Below are positions 1 through 9,499 of a DNA stretch of 64,000 nt, piece by piece. Every line of letters begins with the position of its first letter. Within the stretch, counting starts at the first letter, position 1. The DNA comes from an uncultured Clostridia bacterium. Its GTDB lineage: Bacteria > Bacillota > Clostridia > Oscillospirales > Ruminococcaceae. The notes under the pieces are model-generated. The model searched no databases and was not told where the DNA came from. It was given only the letters and a program-made list of their open reading frames with translations. The position numbers and the translations under genes were made by a program. The stretch lies in the NCBI GenBank assembly GCA_946545645.1, contig CAMNNQ010000161.1, forward strand, positions 4,876 to 68,875, given 5' to 3'.

Positions 1-1
1 T

Positions 2-418
2 TCTCCGCTTTTTATCCCTGGTGATTCAAATGCTGTTACAAACGCATATCTCAGGATCTGTGAGAACAGATATGTCGATGTTATCGGGCATCCGACAACT
101 CATAAATTCAGATTTGATATGGTAAAATGTATTAAACGCTTCAAGGAATACGGCAAGATGATAGAACTCAATGAGAGCTCGATTTCAGCCGGCAGGAGCA
201 CAGCAGAGATATGCAGGGAGCTTCTCTTATTGTGTAAGAAATATGAGGTCCCCGTAGTTGTGAACACCGATGCACATTTCTGTGAGCTGGTGGGGCGTTT
301 TGATCTGTGCCGCGAGATACTTGATTCTGTCAGCTTTCCGGAGAAGCTTGTCTTCAATTCGGAATGGGATAAAGTGCGGCAGCATATAATCAATAAACAC
401 GGTGATATAGGGATATGA
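2..418 (+). CDS. PHP-domain phosphatase (YcdX-like), 5' end outside the window
   Basis: Frame is open from base 2 into the 119..418 ORF and reads ..ENRYVDVIGHP..ELNESS..VVVNTDAH.., the C-terminal metal-ligand motifs of PHP phosphatases. Confidence 0.8.
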   Translation, partial: SPLFIPGDSNAVTNAYLRICENRYVDVIGHPTTHKFRFDMVKCIKRFKEYGKMIELNESSISAGRSTAEICRELLLLCKKYEVPVVVNTDAHFCELVGRFDLCREILDSVSFPEKLVFNSEWDKVRQHIINKHGDIGI

Positions 419-468
419 CCTGATATTACCGCTGCTTGATCACTAATACTATTAAAGGGTTTGATCTA

Positions 469-1380
469 ATGGATATGAACAGGATCTGTGAGCTTGCTTT
501 GTCTCTGGGCTGCGAAGTAAAAAACAATGTGCCCATGAGCGAGCACTGTACTTTCAGAGTCGGCGGGCTCTGCGAACGATTTATTGAAGTCTCTTCAGCG
601 GAAGCGCTTTCACAGCTTATCAGTAATGCTGACCGGAGCAGAATGCCTTATATCGTTCTTGGCAGAGGTTCCAATGTTATCTTTGATGACAGAGGCTATA
701 AAGGGATAGTATTGCATATCGGTGGCATGATGGATAAGATATGGCTCGCTGATGAGACTACAGTCTGCGCTGAGGCGGGGGCAGGGCTCCTGTCCCTTTG
801 CCGTTTTGCTTTGGAAAATTCTCTCTCCGGCCTTGAATTTGCTTACGGCATCCCCGGAAGCATCGGTGGGGCTGTTTTCATGAATGCAGGGGCTTACGGC
901 GGGGAAATAAAGGATGTAGCCGAATCTGTTGCGGCAGTATCGCCGGACGGGACGATCTCGGAGATCCTTAACAGAGATATAGGATTTGATTACAGACATA
1001 GCTGTTTTATGGATATGAATGCGGTAGTTGTATCTGCGCGTTTTAAGCTCAATAAAGCAGACCCGTCCGAGATAAAACAGCGCATGGATGAGCTGATGAG
1101 CAGAAGGATCGAAAAGCAGCCGCTGGAATTCCCGAGCGCCGGGTCTACGTTTAAGCGCCCGACAGGATACTTTGCCGGCAAGCTGATACAGGACAGCGGG
1201 CTCAGAGGCTTCAGTATAGGTGGTGCACAGGTCTCGGAAAAGCACTGCGGATTTGTTATAAACAAAGGCGGCGCAACAGCGTCCGATATACTAATGCTGA
1301 TAGATCATATCAAAAAGACAGTTAAAGAGAATACGGGAGTTTCGCTCGAATGTGAGGTCAGATATATCCCTTACGAATAA
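469..1380 (+). CDS. murB: UDP-N-acetylenolpyruvoylglucosamine reductase
   Basis: Motifs TFRVGG, LGRGSN, GLEFAYGIPGSIGGAVFMNAGAYG, PSAGSTFKRP, KHCGFVIN. Start moved to ATG 469, after AAAGGG. Confidence 0.97.
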   Translation: MDMNRICELALSLGCEVKNNVPMSEHCTFRVGGLCERFIEVSSAEALSQLISNADRSRMPYIVLGRGSNVIFDDRGYKGIVLHIGGMMDKIWLADETTVCAEAGAGLLSLCRFALENSLSGLEFAYGIPGSIGGAVFMNAGAYGGEIKDVAESVAAVSPDGTISEILNRDIGFDYRHSCFMDMNAVVVSARFKLNKADPSEIKQRMDELMSRRIEKQPLEFPSAGSTFKRPTGYFAGKLIQDSGLRGFSIGGAQVSEKHCGFVINKGGATASDILMLIDHIKKTVKENTGVSLECEVRYIPYE

Positions 1381-1398
1381 ACGGAAGGAGGAACAGGT

Positions 1399-2259
1399 AT
1401 GCAATTTGTTATCGTAACAGGAATGTCCGGTTCAGGAAAATCCAGCGCGATCGATGTTCTGGAAGATATAGGTTATTACTGTATCGATAATATGCCGCCG
1501 GAGCTTATTACTAAATTCACCGAGATCTGCAATCAGTCTAAAGGCAAGCTGGAGAAGGTCGCATTTGTAGCGGATATCAGAGGCGGCGATTTCTTTATGA
1601 AGCTGACTGATATCATTGCTCAGCTCAAGGAAGAGCAGATCAACATAAAGATACTGTTCCTCGACTCTTCAGATGATATTATTGTAAGAAGATACAAAGA
1701 AACAAGGAGAAAGCATCCTCTGGATGAGGTCAGCTACGGAAATATTCGCAAAGCGATCGAGACTGAGAGGCAGATCCTTGTCCCGATAAAAAGCTGCGCT
1801 GATTATTATATTGATACATCAGGAACTTCTGTCGGAGAATTCAAGGAGAGAATGTATAATATATTCCTTGATCCGAATGAGGAATATATGCATATAGATG
1901 TTCGTTCCTTCGGATTCAAGTTCGGATCTATGAGCGAGGGAGACCTGATATTCGATGTCAGATGCCTTCCCAATCCTTTTTATATCCCGGAGCTGAAGGA
2001 CAAGACCGGGCTCAATTCTGAGGTCTCCGATTATGTTATGCAGTTTGCTGATGCACAGATACTTCTTTCAAAGCTGACAGACCTTATAGACTTTCTTATC
2101 CCTCTCTACCGCAAAGAAGGAAAAGCCCAGCTCGTTATCGCTTTCGGCTGCACCGGAGGAAAACACAGAAGCGTTACTTTCGCTGAGGCTGTTGCAAAGC
2201 ATCTGAAACAAAACAAATTTAAAGTAAGAGTCCTGCACAGAGATATAGATAAGCGCTGA
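1399..2259 (+). CDS. rapZ: RNase adapter / P-loop protein RapZ (YvcJ)
   Basis: VTGMSGSGKS P-loop, YCIDNMP, SFGFK, DVRCLPNPF, GCTGGKHRSV; RBS GGAGGA. Confidence 0.96.
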   Translation: MQFVIVTGMSGSGKSSAIDVLEDIGYYCIDNMPPELITKFTEICNQSKGKLEKVAFVADIRGGDFFMKLTDIIAQLKEEQINIKILFLDSSDDIIVRRYKETRRKHPLDEVSYGNIRKAIETERQILVPIKSCADYYIDTSGTSVGEFKERMYNIFLDPNEEYMHIDVRSFGFKFGSMSEGDLIFDVRCLPNPFYIPELKDKTGLNSEVSDYVMQFADAQILLSKLTDLIDFLIPLYRKEGKAQLVIAFGCTGGKHRSVTFAEAVAKHLKQNKFKVRVLHRDIDKR

Positions 2260-2269
2260 CGGAGGCAGT

Positions 2270-3187
2270 ATGGACAACAGATCTTTTTCTTATAATGTAA
2301 AAGACGAGCTGCTTTCAAGGATCAATTCTCCTGCAAAGGCTGATGTCTGCCTTATGGGGATGCTTACATTCTGCAATATCCTTGAAGACAGCGAGATCGT
2401 TTTTCTTACAGAGCACAGCGGAGCAGCCTCTTTCTTTGAGCAGAACTGCTCCCGGATCTGCGGAGATCCTGCTGCTGTCTCAATTTCTCAGAGCGGCAAA
2501 AAAGGAGATTCAACTCTTTTCAGGCTGGAGATAGCCGGAGCAGAGAACAGGATAAAGATCCTTAGTTACTTCCGCATGGATTCCACAAGACGGCTGACTC
2601 CCGCAGATCTGCCAAAGGCTAAGTATTATCCGCAGCTTATTTCAGGAATTTTTCTTGCCTGCGGGTCTGTAAACAACCCCGAAAAAAAGTATCATCTTGA
2701 ATTTGTTATGCCTAATATACAGCTTTGCAACGACTTTGGGCTCCTGCTGCTTGAAAACTACAATATTCTTGCTAAACAGACTGAGCGAAAGAATGCTCAG
2801 ATAGTCTATATAAAAGAGTCCGAGAATATAATAGATCTTCTGACGATCATGGGTGCTACAAATTCCTCGCTTGAGCTTATGAATGTTAAGATAATCAAGG
2901 ATCTCCGCAATAAGATCAATCGAGCCGTGAACTGTGATAATGCCAATATCGAAAAGACACTAAGGGCCGCTGAAAAGCAGCTTTCCGATATTGAACTCAT
3001 TGACGATACAGTTGGCATAGGTTCGCTGCCTGAGACTTTGCAGGAGATCGCAAGGCTCAGATATGAGAATCCGGATATCAGCCTTAAAGAGCTGGGAGCT
3101 TTGTTAAAGCCGCCGATCTCCCGCTCAGGAGTAAACCATAGGCTTAACCGTCTTTCGGAAATAGCCGATAAGATAAGAGAAAAATAA
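2270..3187 (+). CDS. whiA: Cell-division / sporulation DNA-binding protein WhiA
   Basis: FLACGSVNNPEKKYHLEF, NRAVNCDNANIEKT, ISLKELG, ISRSGVNHRL; follows rapZ. Confidence 0.95.
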   Translation: MDNRSFSYNVKDELLSRINSPAKADVCLMGMLTFCNILEDSEIVFLTEHSGAASFFEQNCSRICGDPAAVSISQSGKKGDSTLFRLEIAGAENRIKILSYFRMDSTRRLTPADLPKAKYYPQLISGIFLACGSVNNPEKKYHLEFVMPNIQLCNDFGLLLLENYNILAKQTERKNAQIVYIKESENIIDLLTIMGATNSSLELMNVKIIKDLRNKINRAVNCDNANIEKTLRAAEKQLSDIELIDDTVGIGSLPETLQEIARLRYENPDISLKELGALLKPPISRSGVNHRLNRLSEIADKIREK

Positions 3188-3205
3188 CCCCGGGGAGGCC
3201 GTTGT

Positions 3206-6200
3206 ATGGAAGGCTTTGTGCATCTGCACGTTCATAGCGAATACTCTATGCTTGACGGTGCCTGCCGTATTAAAGAGCTGGTAGCTAAGGTCAAACAACT
3301 GGGGCAGACTGCCTGTGCTGTTACCGATCACGGCAATATGTTCGCGGCTGTTGAGTTTTACAATGAATGTAATGCTAACGGTATTAAGCCCATTATCGGC
3401 TGTGAGGTATATGTCGCGCCGAGGAGCAGATTCGGCAGATCTGCTAATCTGGATGGGCAGCCATATCATTTAATCCTGTTATGCAAGAATAATACCGGAT
3501 ATCAGAATCTTATCAAAATGGTCTCTCTCTCATACACAGAAGGCTTTTACAGTAAGCCTAGAGTCGATCTTGAGCTGCTTGAGAAATATCATGAGGGTCT
3601 GATATGTCTTTCTGCCTGTCTGGCTGGGGAGATCCCCAGGAAGCTCTCTGCCGGAGATTATGAAGGTGCTAAGGAAACAGCGCTAAGATACAGATCAATT
3701 TTCGGCAAAGGAAATTATTATATTGAGATACAGGATCATGGGATACTCGAAGAAGAGAGGAATGTGCCGCTGCTCATTAAGCTCTCTGTTGAGACCGGAA
3801 TTCCGTTGGCTGCGACAAACGATGCTCATTATATAAGTAAAGGCGACAGTGAGGCTCAGAAGATACTGGTTTGCATCGCAACTGCGACGACATTGGACGA
3901 GCCTTCCAAAATGCAGTTTCCTACTGAAGAGTTTTACCTTAAATCTGAGGCAGAGATGCTGGAGCTTTTCCCGAATGCCCCCCAGGCTGTCAAAAACACT
4001 GCGGCTATTGCCGAACAGTGTAATGTTACTTTTGAATTCGGCAAAACAAAGCTGCCGTATTTCCATATCGACGGTGTAGAGGACAATGCCGCCTTTCTCC
4101 GCGAGATGTGTGACAAAGGACTTATTGAGCGTTACGGAGAAAATCCTTCCGAAACTGCTAAACAGCGCTTGGATTATGAGCTTTCAGTAATAAACGGTAT
4201 GGGATATACCGATTATTATCTCATCGTCTGGGATTTTGTTCATTATGCGAAAACACACGGTATACCTGTCGGCTGCGGAAGGGGATCAGGCGCCGGGAGC
4301 CTTGCGGCTTACTGTATAGGCATTACAGGTATCGATCCGTTGACATACGATCTGCTCTTTGAGCGTTTCCTGAACCCTGAACGTGTCTCTATGCCGGATT
4401 TTGATATAGATTTTTGCATGGAAGGCAGGCAGAAAGTTATCAATTATGTTATTGATAAATACGGCTCTGACCATGTTGCTCAGATAGTTACTTTTGGTAC
4501 ACTTGCTGCCAAGGCTGCTGTCAGGGATGTTGCCAGAGTTACCGGACTTCCATACCAGCTTGGGGATACTGTTGCGAAAGCTATCCCTGCCGGAGCCTCT
4601 CTTAAGGAAGCAGTTTATGGTTCTGAAGCTCTCAGGTCTTTATATAACAGCGATTCAAAGATCAAAATGCTGATCGACTATGCAATGAAGATCGAAGGTC
4701 TGCCGAGAAACTGCTCGACTCATGCAGCAGGAGTAGTTATCACCAAGGAGCCTGTCGATCACTATGTTCCTCTTTACGCGAGAGAAGGTCTTGTTTCGAC
4801 ACAGTACACCATGACCGTGCTTGAAAGACTTGGCCTCCTGAAGATAGATTTTCTCGGACTCAGGAACCTTACTATCATCGACCGGTGTCAGAAAGAGATC
4901 AGAAAGCGTTTTCCGGATTTTGATGTCGAAAAGGTGCCTCTTGATGATAAGGAAGTTTATGCTATGCTCTCTGCTGGTCATACCGAGGGCGTGTTCCAGT
5001 TGGAGAAGCAGGGTATGACTGCAAGACTAATGCAGCTTGAACCGACCTGTATTGAAGACCTGATCGCTATGATCTCCCTTTACCGTCCTGGCCCGATGGA
5101 TTCGATACCGACATATATCCGTAACAGGCATGATCCTTCGCTTGTCAGATATAAGGTGCCGATGCTCAAGGATATACTTGAAGTCACCTATGGCTGCATC
5201 GTTTATCAGGAACAGGTCATGCAGATATTCCGTAAGCTGGCCGGCTACTCTTACGGGAGAGCCGATATCGTCAGAAGAGCTATGGCAAAAAAGAAGCATG
5301 ATGTTCTTGAAAACGAACGCAAGGCTTTTATATATGGCGAAACAGGTCAGTGTGTCGGCTGTATCGCAAATGGGATAGACGAGAATACAGCTAACGAGAT
5401 CTTTAATGAGATGTCTTCTTTTGCATCCTATGCTTTCAACAAATCGCATGCTGCGGCTTATGCCAACATCTCTTATCAGACTGCTTATCTAAAATGCCAT
5501 TTCTATAATGAGTATATGGCAGCACTTATGTCTATTGCAATGTTTGAAGGCTTTGATAAACTAAGGCTCTATCTTAATGACTGTAATCGCAGGGGTATAA
5601 AGATTCTGCCATTGGATATCAATAAAAGCGGCAGGGATTTTATAGCAGAACCGGAGGGAATACGTTTTTCACTGCTGGCTATCAAAAATCTGGGTGAAAA
5701 TTCTGTCAGGGCTATAATCCGGGAAAGGACCCTTCACGGTGTTTTTGTCGATCTTGCAGATTTCTGCAAAAGATTGCCTTCCGGCAGAGATATTACTGTG
5801 AAAGGCGTTGAGCAGCTCATCAAGAGCGGTGCATTCGATTGTTTCCCCTCAAACAGGCGGGAAATGCTGAGTTCTTTGGTAAGTCTGATGTCTGCGGCTG
5901 AACGTGACAAGAGATCCAAACTCGACGGTCAGCTTGATCTGTTCTCTATGGGTGAGGAGAGGATCCTTAATGAGCCCATTGAGCATTACGAAGAATTTCC
6001 ACTTTCTGTTCTCCTGCAATTTGAAAGGGAAGCTATAGGTATGTTTATTTCAGCTCATCCGCTGGATGAAGTATTGCCTTATGCTCAGGCTTCCGGCTTT
6101 GCTGCTGTTATGCAGATAACTGACGAAGATACCGATCCTCCCGGATATAAAGACGGCGACAGGTGCTCTATCGCTGTTATGATCACCGGGGTCAAGCAAA

Positions 6201-6652
6201 GCAAGACACGCAAAGGCGAAAAAATGTGCTTCCTGACCTGCGAAGATAAGACAGGAGAAATAGAAGTTCTTGTTTTTCCTGCGGTCTATTCTGTTTGCGA
6301 GAATATGCTCTCAGTTTCAAAGCTGATATGTATAAATGGTAAGATCTCCTCCAGAGAGGATGAACAGCCCAAGCTGATCGCTGACCGTATAACTCCGGCA
6401 GAACATTTTATTAATTCCTGCAAAGGAAAAGCTATCTGTTTGCGGCTCGATTCAAGGAACAAAGAGATACTTGCTAAAGTTATGGATGCTGTTTCCGGGT
6501 ATAAGACAGAGCAGGGGAGCCCTCTGCGTCTGTATTTTTCGGACAAGCGTGCTATGACAGCGGTCAGATCGGTCAAAGCGGTTACTGTCAGCGATAAGTC
6601 TTTGAAGTGCCTGGCAGATATTGTCGGTCAGGATAACATCAGATTCATGTAA
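3206..6652 (+). CDS. dnaE: DNA polymerase III alpha subunit (DnaE type)
   Basis: PHP motif HLHVHSEYSMLDG, GRGSGAGSL, SMPDFDIDF, KIDFLGL, YAFNKSHAAAY, C-terminal OB fold. Confidence 0.98.
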   Translation: MEGFVHLHVHSEYSMLDGACRIKELVAKVKQLGQTACAVTDHGNMFAAVEFYNECNANGIKPIIGCEVYVAPRSRFGRSANLDGQPYHLILLCKNNTGYQNLIKMVSLSYTEGFYSKPRVDLELLEKYHEGLICLSACLAGEIPRKLSAGDYEGAKETALRYRSIFGKGNYYIEIQDHGILEEERNVPLLIKLSVETGIPLAATNDAHYISKGDSEAQKILVCIATATTLDEPSKMQFPTEEFYLKSEAEMLELFPNAPQAVKNTAAIAEQCNVTFEFGKTKLPYFHIDGVEDNAAFLREMCDKGLIERYGENPSETAKQRLDYELSVINGMGYTDYYLIVWDFVHYAKTHGIPVGCGRGSGAGSLAAYCIGITGIDPLTYDLLFERFLNPERVSMPDFDIDFCMEGRQKVINYVIDKYGSDHVAQIVTFGTLAAKAAVRDVARVTGLPYQLGDTVAKAIPAGASLKEAVYGSEALRSLYNSDSKIKMLIDYAMKIEGLPRNCSTHAAGVVITKEPVDHYVPLYAREGLVSTQYTMTVLERLGLLKIDFLGLRNLTIIDRCQKEIRKRFPDFDVEKVPLDDKEVYAMLSAGHTEGVFQLEKQGMTARLMQLEPTCIEDLIAMISLYRPGPMDSIPTYIRNRHDPSLVRYKVPMLKDILEVTYGCIVYQEQVMQIFRKLAGYSYGRADIVRRAMAKKKHDVLENERKAFIYGETGQCVGCIANGIDENTANEIFNEMSSFASYAFNKSHAAAYANISYQTAYLKCHFYNEYMAALMSIAMFEGFDKLRLYLNDCNRRGIKILPLDINKSGRDFIAEPEGIRFSLLAIKNLGENSVRAIIRERTLHGVFVDLADFCKRLPSGRDITVKGVEQLIKSGAFDCFPSNRREMLSSLVSLMSAAERDKRSKLDGQLDLFSMGEERILNEPIEHYEEFPLSVLLQFEREAIGMFISAHPLDEVLPYAQASGFAAVMQITDEDTDPPGYKDGDRCSIAVMITGVKQSKTRKGEKMCFLTCEDKTGEIEVLVFPAVYSVCENMLSVSKLICINGKISSREDEQPKLIADRITPAEHFINSCKGKAICLRLDSRNKEILAKVMDAVSGYKTEQGSPLRLYFSDKRAMTAVRSVKAVTVSDKSLKCLADIVGQDNIRFM

Positions 6653-6663
6653 GGAGTAATGAT

Positions 6664-6834
6664 ATGGAGCCAAAAGATTATAAAGTCAGCAGGATTGACG
6701 GCGACTATGCGCACTTGTCGGACCTTTCAGACGGTTCTGATATTCTCGTCGCCCTGGCTTTGTTGCCGGAAGAAACAGACGAAGGCGTTATTCTTCATTG
6801 GGAGAATATGGTCTATACCGTCATCAACGAATAA
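6664..6834 (+). CDS. Small conserved hypothetical protein (56 aa), absent from the ORF track
   Basis: RBS AAGGAG overlapping the dnaE stop, ATG 6664, TAA 6832-6834. Translates MEPKDYKVSRIDGDYAHLSDLSDGSDILVALALLPEETDEGVILHWENMVYTVINE, which resembles small clostridial IDGDYA...ALLP proteins (DUF3006-like, from memory). Confidence 0.7.
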   Translation: MEPKDYKVSRIDGDYAHLSDLSDGSDILVALALLPEETDEGVILHWENMVYTVINE

Positions 6835-6908
6835 TTATTGATATCTGCGCAATACCGAACGATATTGCGGTATAATATAAATATCTATCAGAGAAATGGA
6901 GTTGAAAT

Positions 6909-8201
6909 ATGTCAGTTGAATATAAGAGGAAGGTCTGCGGTGAGGGCGTTGCGCTGACTGAGATCTTCGATAAGAAGTTTAAATCTTTTGCTGTCGTAGT
7001 AAGATTGATAGCGCCTGCGGATGCCGTGAAAACACCGCTTTATCTGATGGCGTTTGATATTATCTCGATGTGTTCAAGGAAATATCCTGAAAAAGAACAG
7101 CTAACAAAAGCGCTGGTCAAGCTATACAGCTCGAGCATTGTGTCTGATGAGCAAAAGTTCAGCGATTTTGAGAGCATCAGCCTTAGCCTGAATTGCCTTG
7201 CTGATGAATATACTATCGGTAAGGAAAAGATCTCGGATAAAGCTGTCGATATGTTTTTGGACTGCCTCTTTGATCCGCTTATCGAGAACGGCGGATTCTC
7301 TCAGAAATATTTTGAGCTGACCAGAAAAGAAATGCTCGATGATATTTCGTCTATCGTGAATTCCAAGAGACGGTATGCTGCACAGCTTGCGAAGCCTTAT
7401 ATTTTCAAAGGCGAGGGCGCTGGGATAAACCAGTATGACGAGCGGGAGGCAATCGAAAATGCTACTGCTCAAAGCGTTTATGAGGCCTATAAGGAATTCC
7501 TTAGAACAGCCGTCTTTGAGATAACCGTAACAGGCGCTGAACTGGGGGATGATCAGAAGCAGAAGATCGTTGAAAGGATACTTTCCATTGAAGGAAGAAA
7601 ACCGGTTATTGTAAACGATTATAGGTCTCCTTCCCCAATAAAGAGCGAGCTCTGCTGTAAGGAAGCGGAAATCGAAGCTAGGCAGACACAGCTTATAATC
7701 GCATATAAATGCCCGGAGATCATTGAGGATGTATTCAAGATCTTTGCTACTATCCTCGGAGCTTCTCCTTTATCCAAGCTGTTTACGAATGTCCGGGAGA
7801 AAATGTCTCTCTGCTATTATTGTGATGCCTATCCTATTGTAACGAAGAACACTATTCTTGTTACCTGCGGATTGGATGAGAATGATCTTGATAAAGCAAT
7901 TACAGCTATCGACGAACAGATAAATGCTGTCAGAACAGGCGATTTTACAGATGAAGAGCTTGAATATGCCAAAAAATATCTGATAGATGCTTATCTCGGA
8001 GATTATGACTCTAAGATCAAACTGAGCGGCTGGTTCTTCGGAAGATGGATAATGTCATCCTCAGATTCTCCTGAGGAAAAGACTGATAAAGTCCGAGCTG
8101 TTTCCCGTGAACAGGTTATCGAAGCAGCTAAAAGTTTTGTAAAGGATACTCAGTTTGTATTAAAGGCTGTTACCGGAGGTGTAGAAGATAATGACTCTTA
8201 A
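6909..8201 (+). CDS. ymfF: M16 peptidase-like subunit without the zinc motif (YmfF/EF-P-5-aminopentanol-reductase-annotated family)
   Basis: M16 C-terminal features (ILGASPLSKLFTNVREKMSLCYY), no HxxEH; overlaps the downstream M16 gene by 11 nt. Confidence 0.8.
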   Translation: MSVEYKRKVCGEGVALTEIFDKKFKSFAVVVRLIAPADAVKTPLYLMAFDIISMCSRKYPEKEQLTKALVKLYSSSIVSDEQKFSDFESISLSLNCLADEYTIGKEKISDKAVDMFLDCLFDPLIENGGFSQKYFELTRKEMLDDISSIVNSKRRYAAQLAKPYIFKGEGAGINQYDEREAIENATAQSVYEAYKEFLRTAVFEITVTGAELGDDQKQKIVERILSIEGRKPVIVNDYRSPSPIKSELCCKEAEIEARQTQLIIAYKCPEIIEDVFKIFATILGASPLSKLFTNVREKMSLCYYCDAYPIVTKNTILVTCGLDENDLDKAITAIDEQINAVRTGDFTDEELEYAKKYLIDAYLGDYDSKIKLSGWFFGRWIMSSSDSPEEKTDKVRAVSREQVIEAAKSFVKDTQFVLKAVTGGVEDNDS

Positions 8202-9471
8202 ACCGGAAGTATTCCGCTCGGAGCTTACAGGTGATGAGTATCATCTGTTTCATCACCCCTCCGGATTGGATGTTCTGACTATGCCTATGCCCGGATTCAC
8301 AACTACTGAGGCTATCTTCGCAACTAAGTACGGATCGGTAATAAATCGTTTCAAGACTCTTGATACAGGCGATTTTATCACTGTTCCTGACGGAATAGCT
8401 CATTATCTTGAGCATAAGCTTTTTGAAAACGAGGACTGTGAAGTATTTGAGCTTTATGCAAAGACCGGAGCTATGGCCAATGCGTTTACCTCGTTTGATC
8501 TTACGGGTTATACTTTTTCAGTCGCTTCTGACTACAGAGAGCCGCTGAGGATACTGCTGGATTTTGTTCAAAAGCCTTATTTCACAGATGAAAATGTTGA
8601 AAAAGAGCGAGGAATAATTGCACAGGAGATCAAGATGTCTGCGGATTCTCCAAGCAGGGCAATATTCTTCAGGATGCTTGAATGCTTGTATCATGTTCAT
8701 CCCGTAAAAACTGATATCGCCGGGACTGTCGAATCGATACAGGAGATAACTACGGATCTTTTGTATAAATGCTACAATACTTTTTATAATCTGAACAATA
8801 TGGTCCTTTCTATCGCGGGAAATATTGACGACGAGACGGTCCTGTCAATCTGTGATGAATGTCTGAGGCCATCGGAGAACAGAGAGCTGGAATTTGATAT
8901 ACCGGCTGAGCCGGCAGATGTTGTCAGAAAACGCTCTTCAATGATCATGCCTGTCGGAGTGCCGCTGTTTATGCTGGGATTTAAGTGCGATCCTCTGGTC
9001 GGCACAGAGCTGCAGAAGACATCCATCGCTGTTGAGCTTATGCTTAGGATACAGTTCGGCTCTATGTCTCCGTGGTATAAGAAAGCGCTGGAGGAAGGCA
9101 TAATCAATATGTCCTTCGGATTTGAAGTCTTTTCTTCAGATCTCGGCTATTTTTCAATACTGTTTTCCGGAGAATCGGATAGGCCTGATGAGCTTTATGA
9201 AAGCCTGGTCAAGGAGATAGAGGATTGCAAGACAAAGCCTGTAGATGCCGAGCTCTTTGCGATACTTCAAAAAGAGAAATACGGCACTGAGGTATTTAAA
9301 TACAATCAGGTAACTAATTGTACGGAAACAATGTGTTTTCACTATATCCAAGGGCTGAATTGTTTTGACAGCTTCAAGTTTATGGCTGAACTGACTGTCG
9401 ATGATATCGAGAATGCCAAGCGACTTCTTGATCTTGACCGTTCATCCTTCTGCACATTAAGCTCTAAATAA
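8191..9471 (+). CDS. ymfH: M16 zinc peptidase (YmfH family)
   Basis: DGIAHYLEHKLFE (HxxEH), NAFTSFD, VEKERGIIAQEI, DIAGTVESI. Confidence 0.9.
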   Translation: MTLKPEVFRSELTGDEYHLFHHPSGLDVLTMPMPGFTTTEAIFATKYGSVINRFKTLDTGDFITVPDGIAHYLEHKLFENEDCEVFELYAKTGAMANAFTSFDLTGYTFSVASDYREPLRILLDFVQKPYFTDENVEKERGIIAQEIKMSADSPSRAIFFRMLECLYHVHPVKTDIAGTVESIQEITTDLLYKCYNTFYNLNNMVLSIAGNIDDETVLSICDECLRPSENRELEFDIPAEPADVVRKRSSMIMPVGVPLFMLGFKCDPLVGTELQKTSIAVELMLRIQFGSMSPWYKKALEEGIINMSFGFEVFSSDLGYFSILFSGESDRPDELYESLVKEIEDCKTKPVDAELFAILQKEKYGTEVFKYNQVTNCTETMCFHYIQGLNCFDSFKFMAELTVDDIENAKRLLDLDRSSFCTLSSK

Positions 9472-9499
9472 ACACACAAGACATAAAAGAGGTATTATT

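Noticed and set aside
6659-6841. 60-aa ORF MIWSQKIIK from the track
   Set aside because: RBS spacing favours ATG 6664 in another frame, whose product looks like a real protein family.
6847-6870. CGCAATA/TATTGCG inverted repeat before the M16 genes
   Set aside because: Short 7-bp stem with no U-tract and no recognisable -35; cannot separate terminator, operator or chance.
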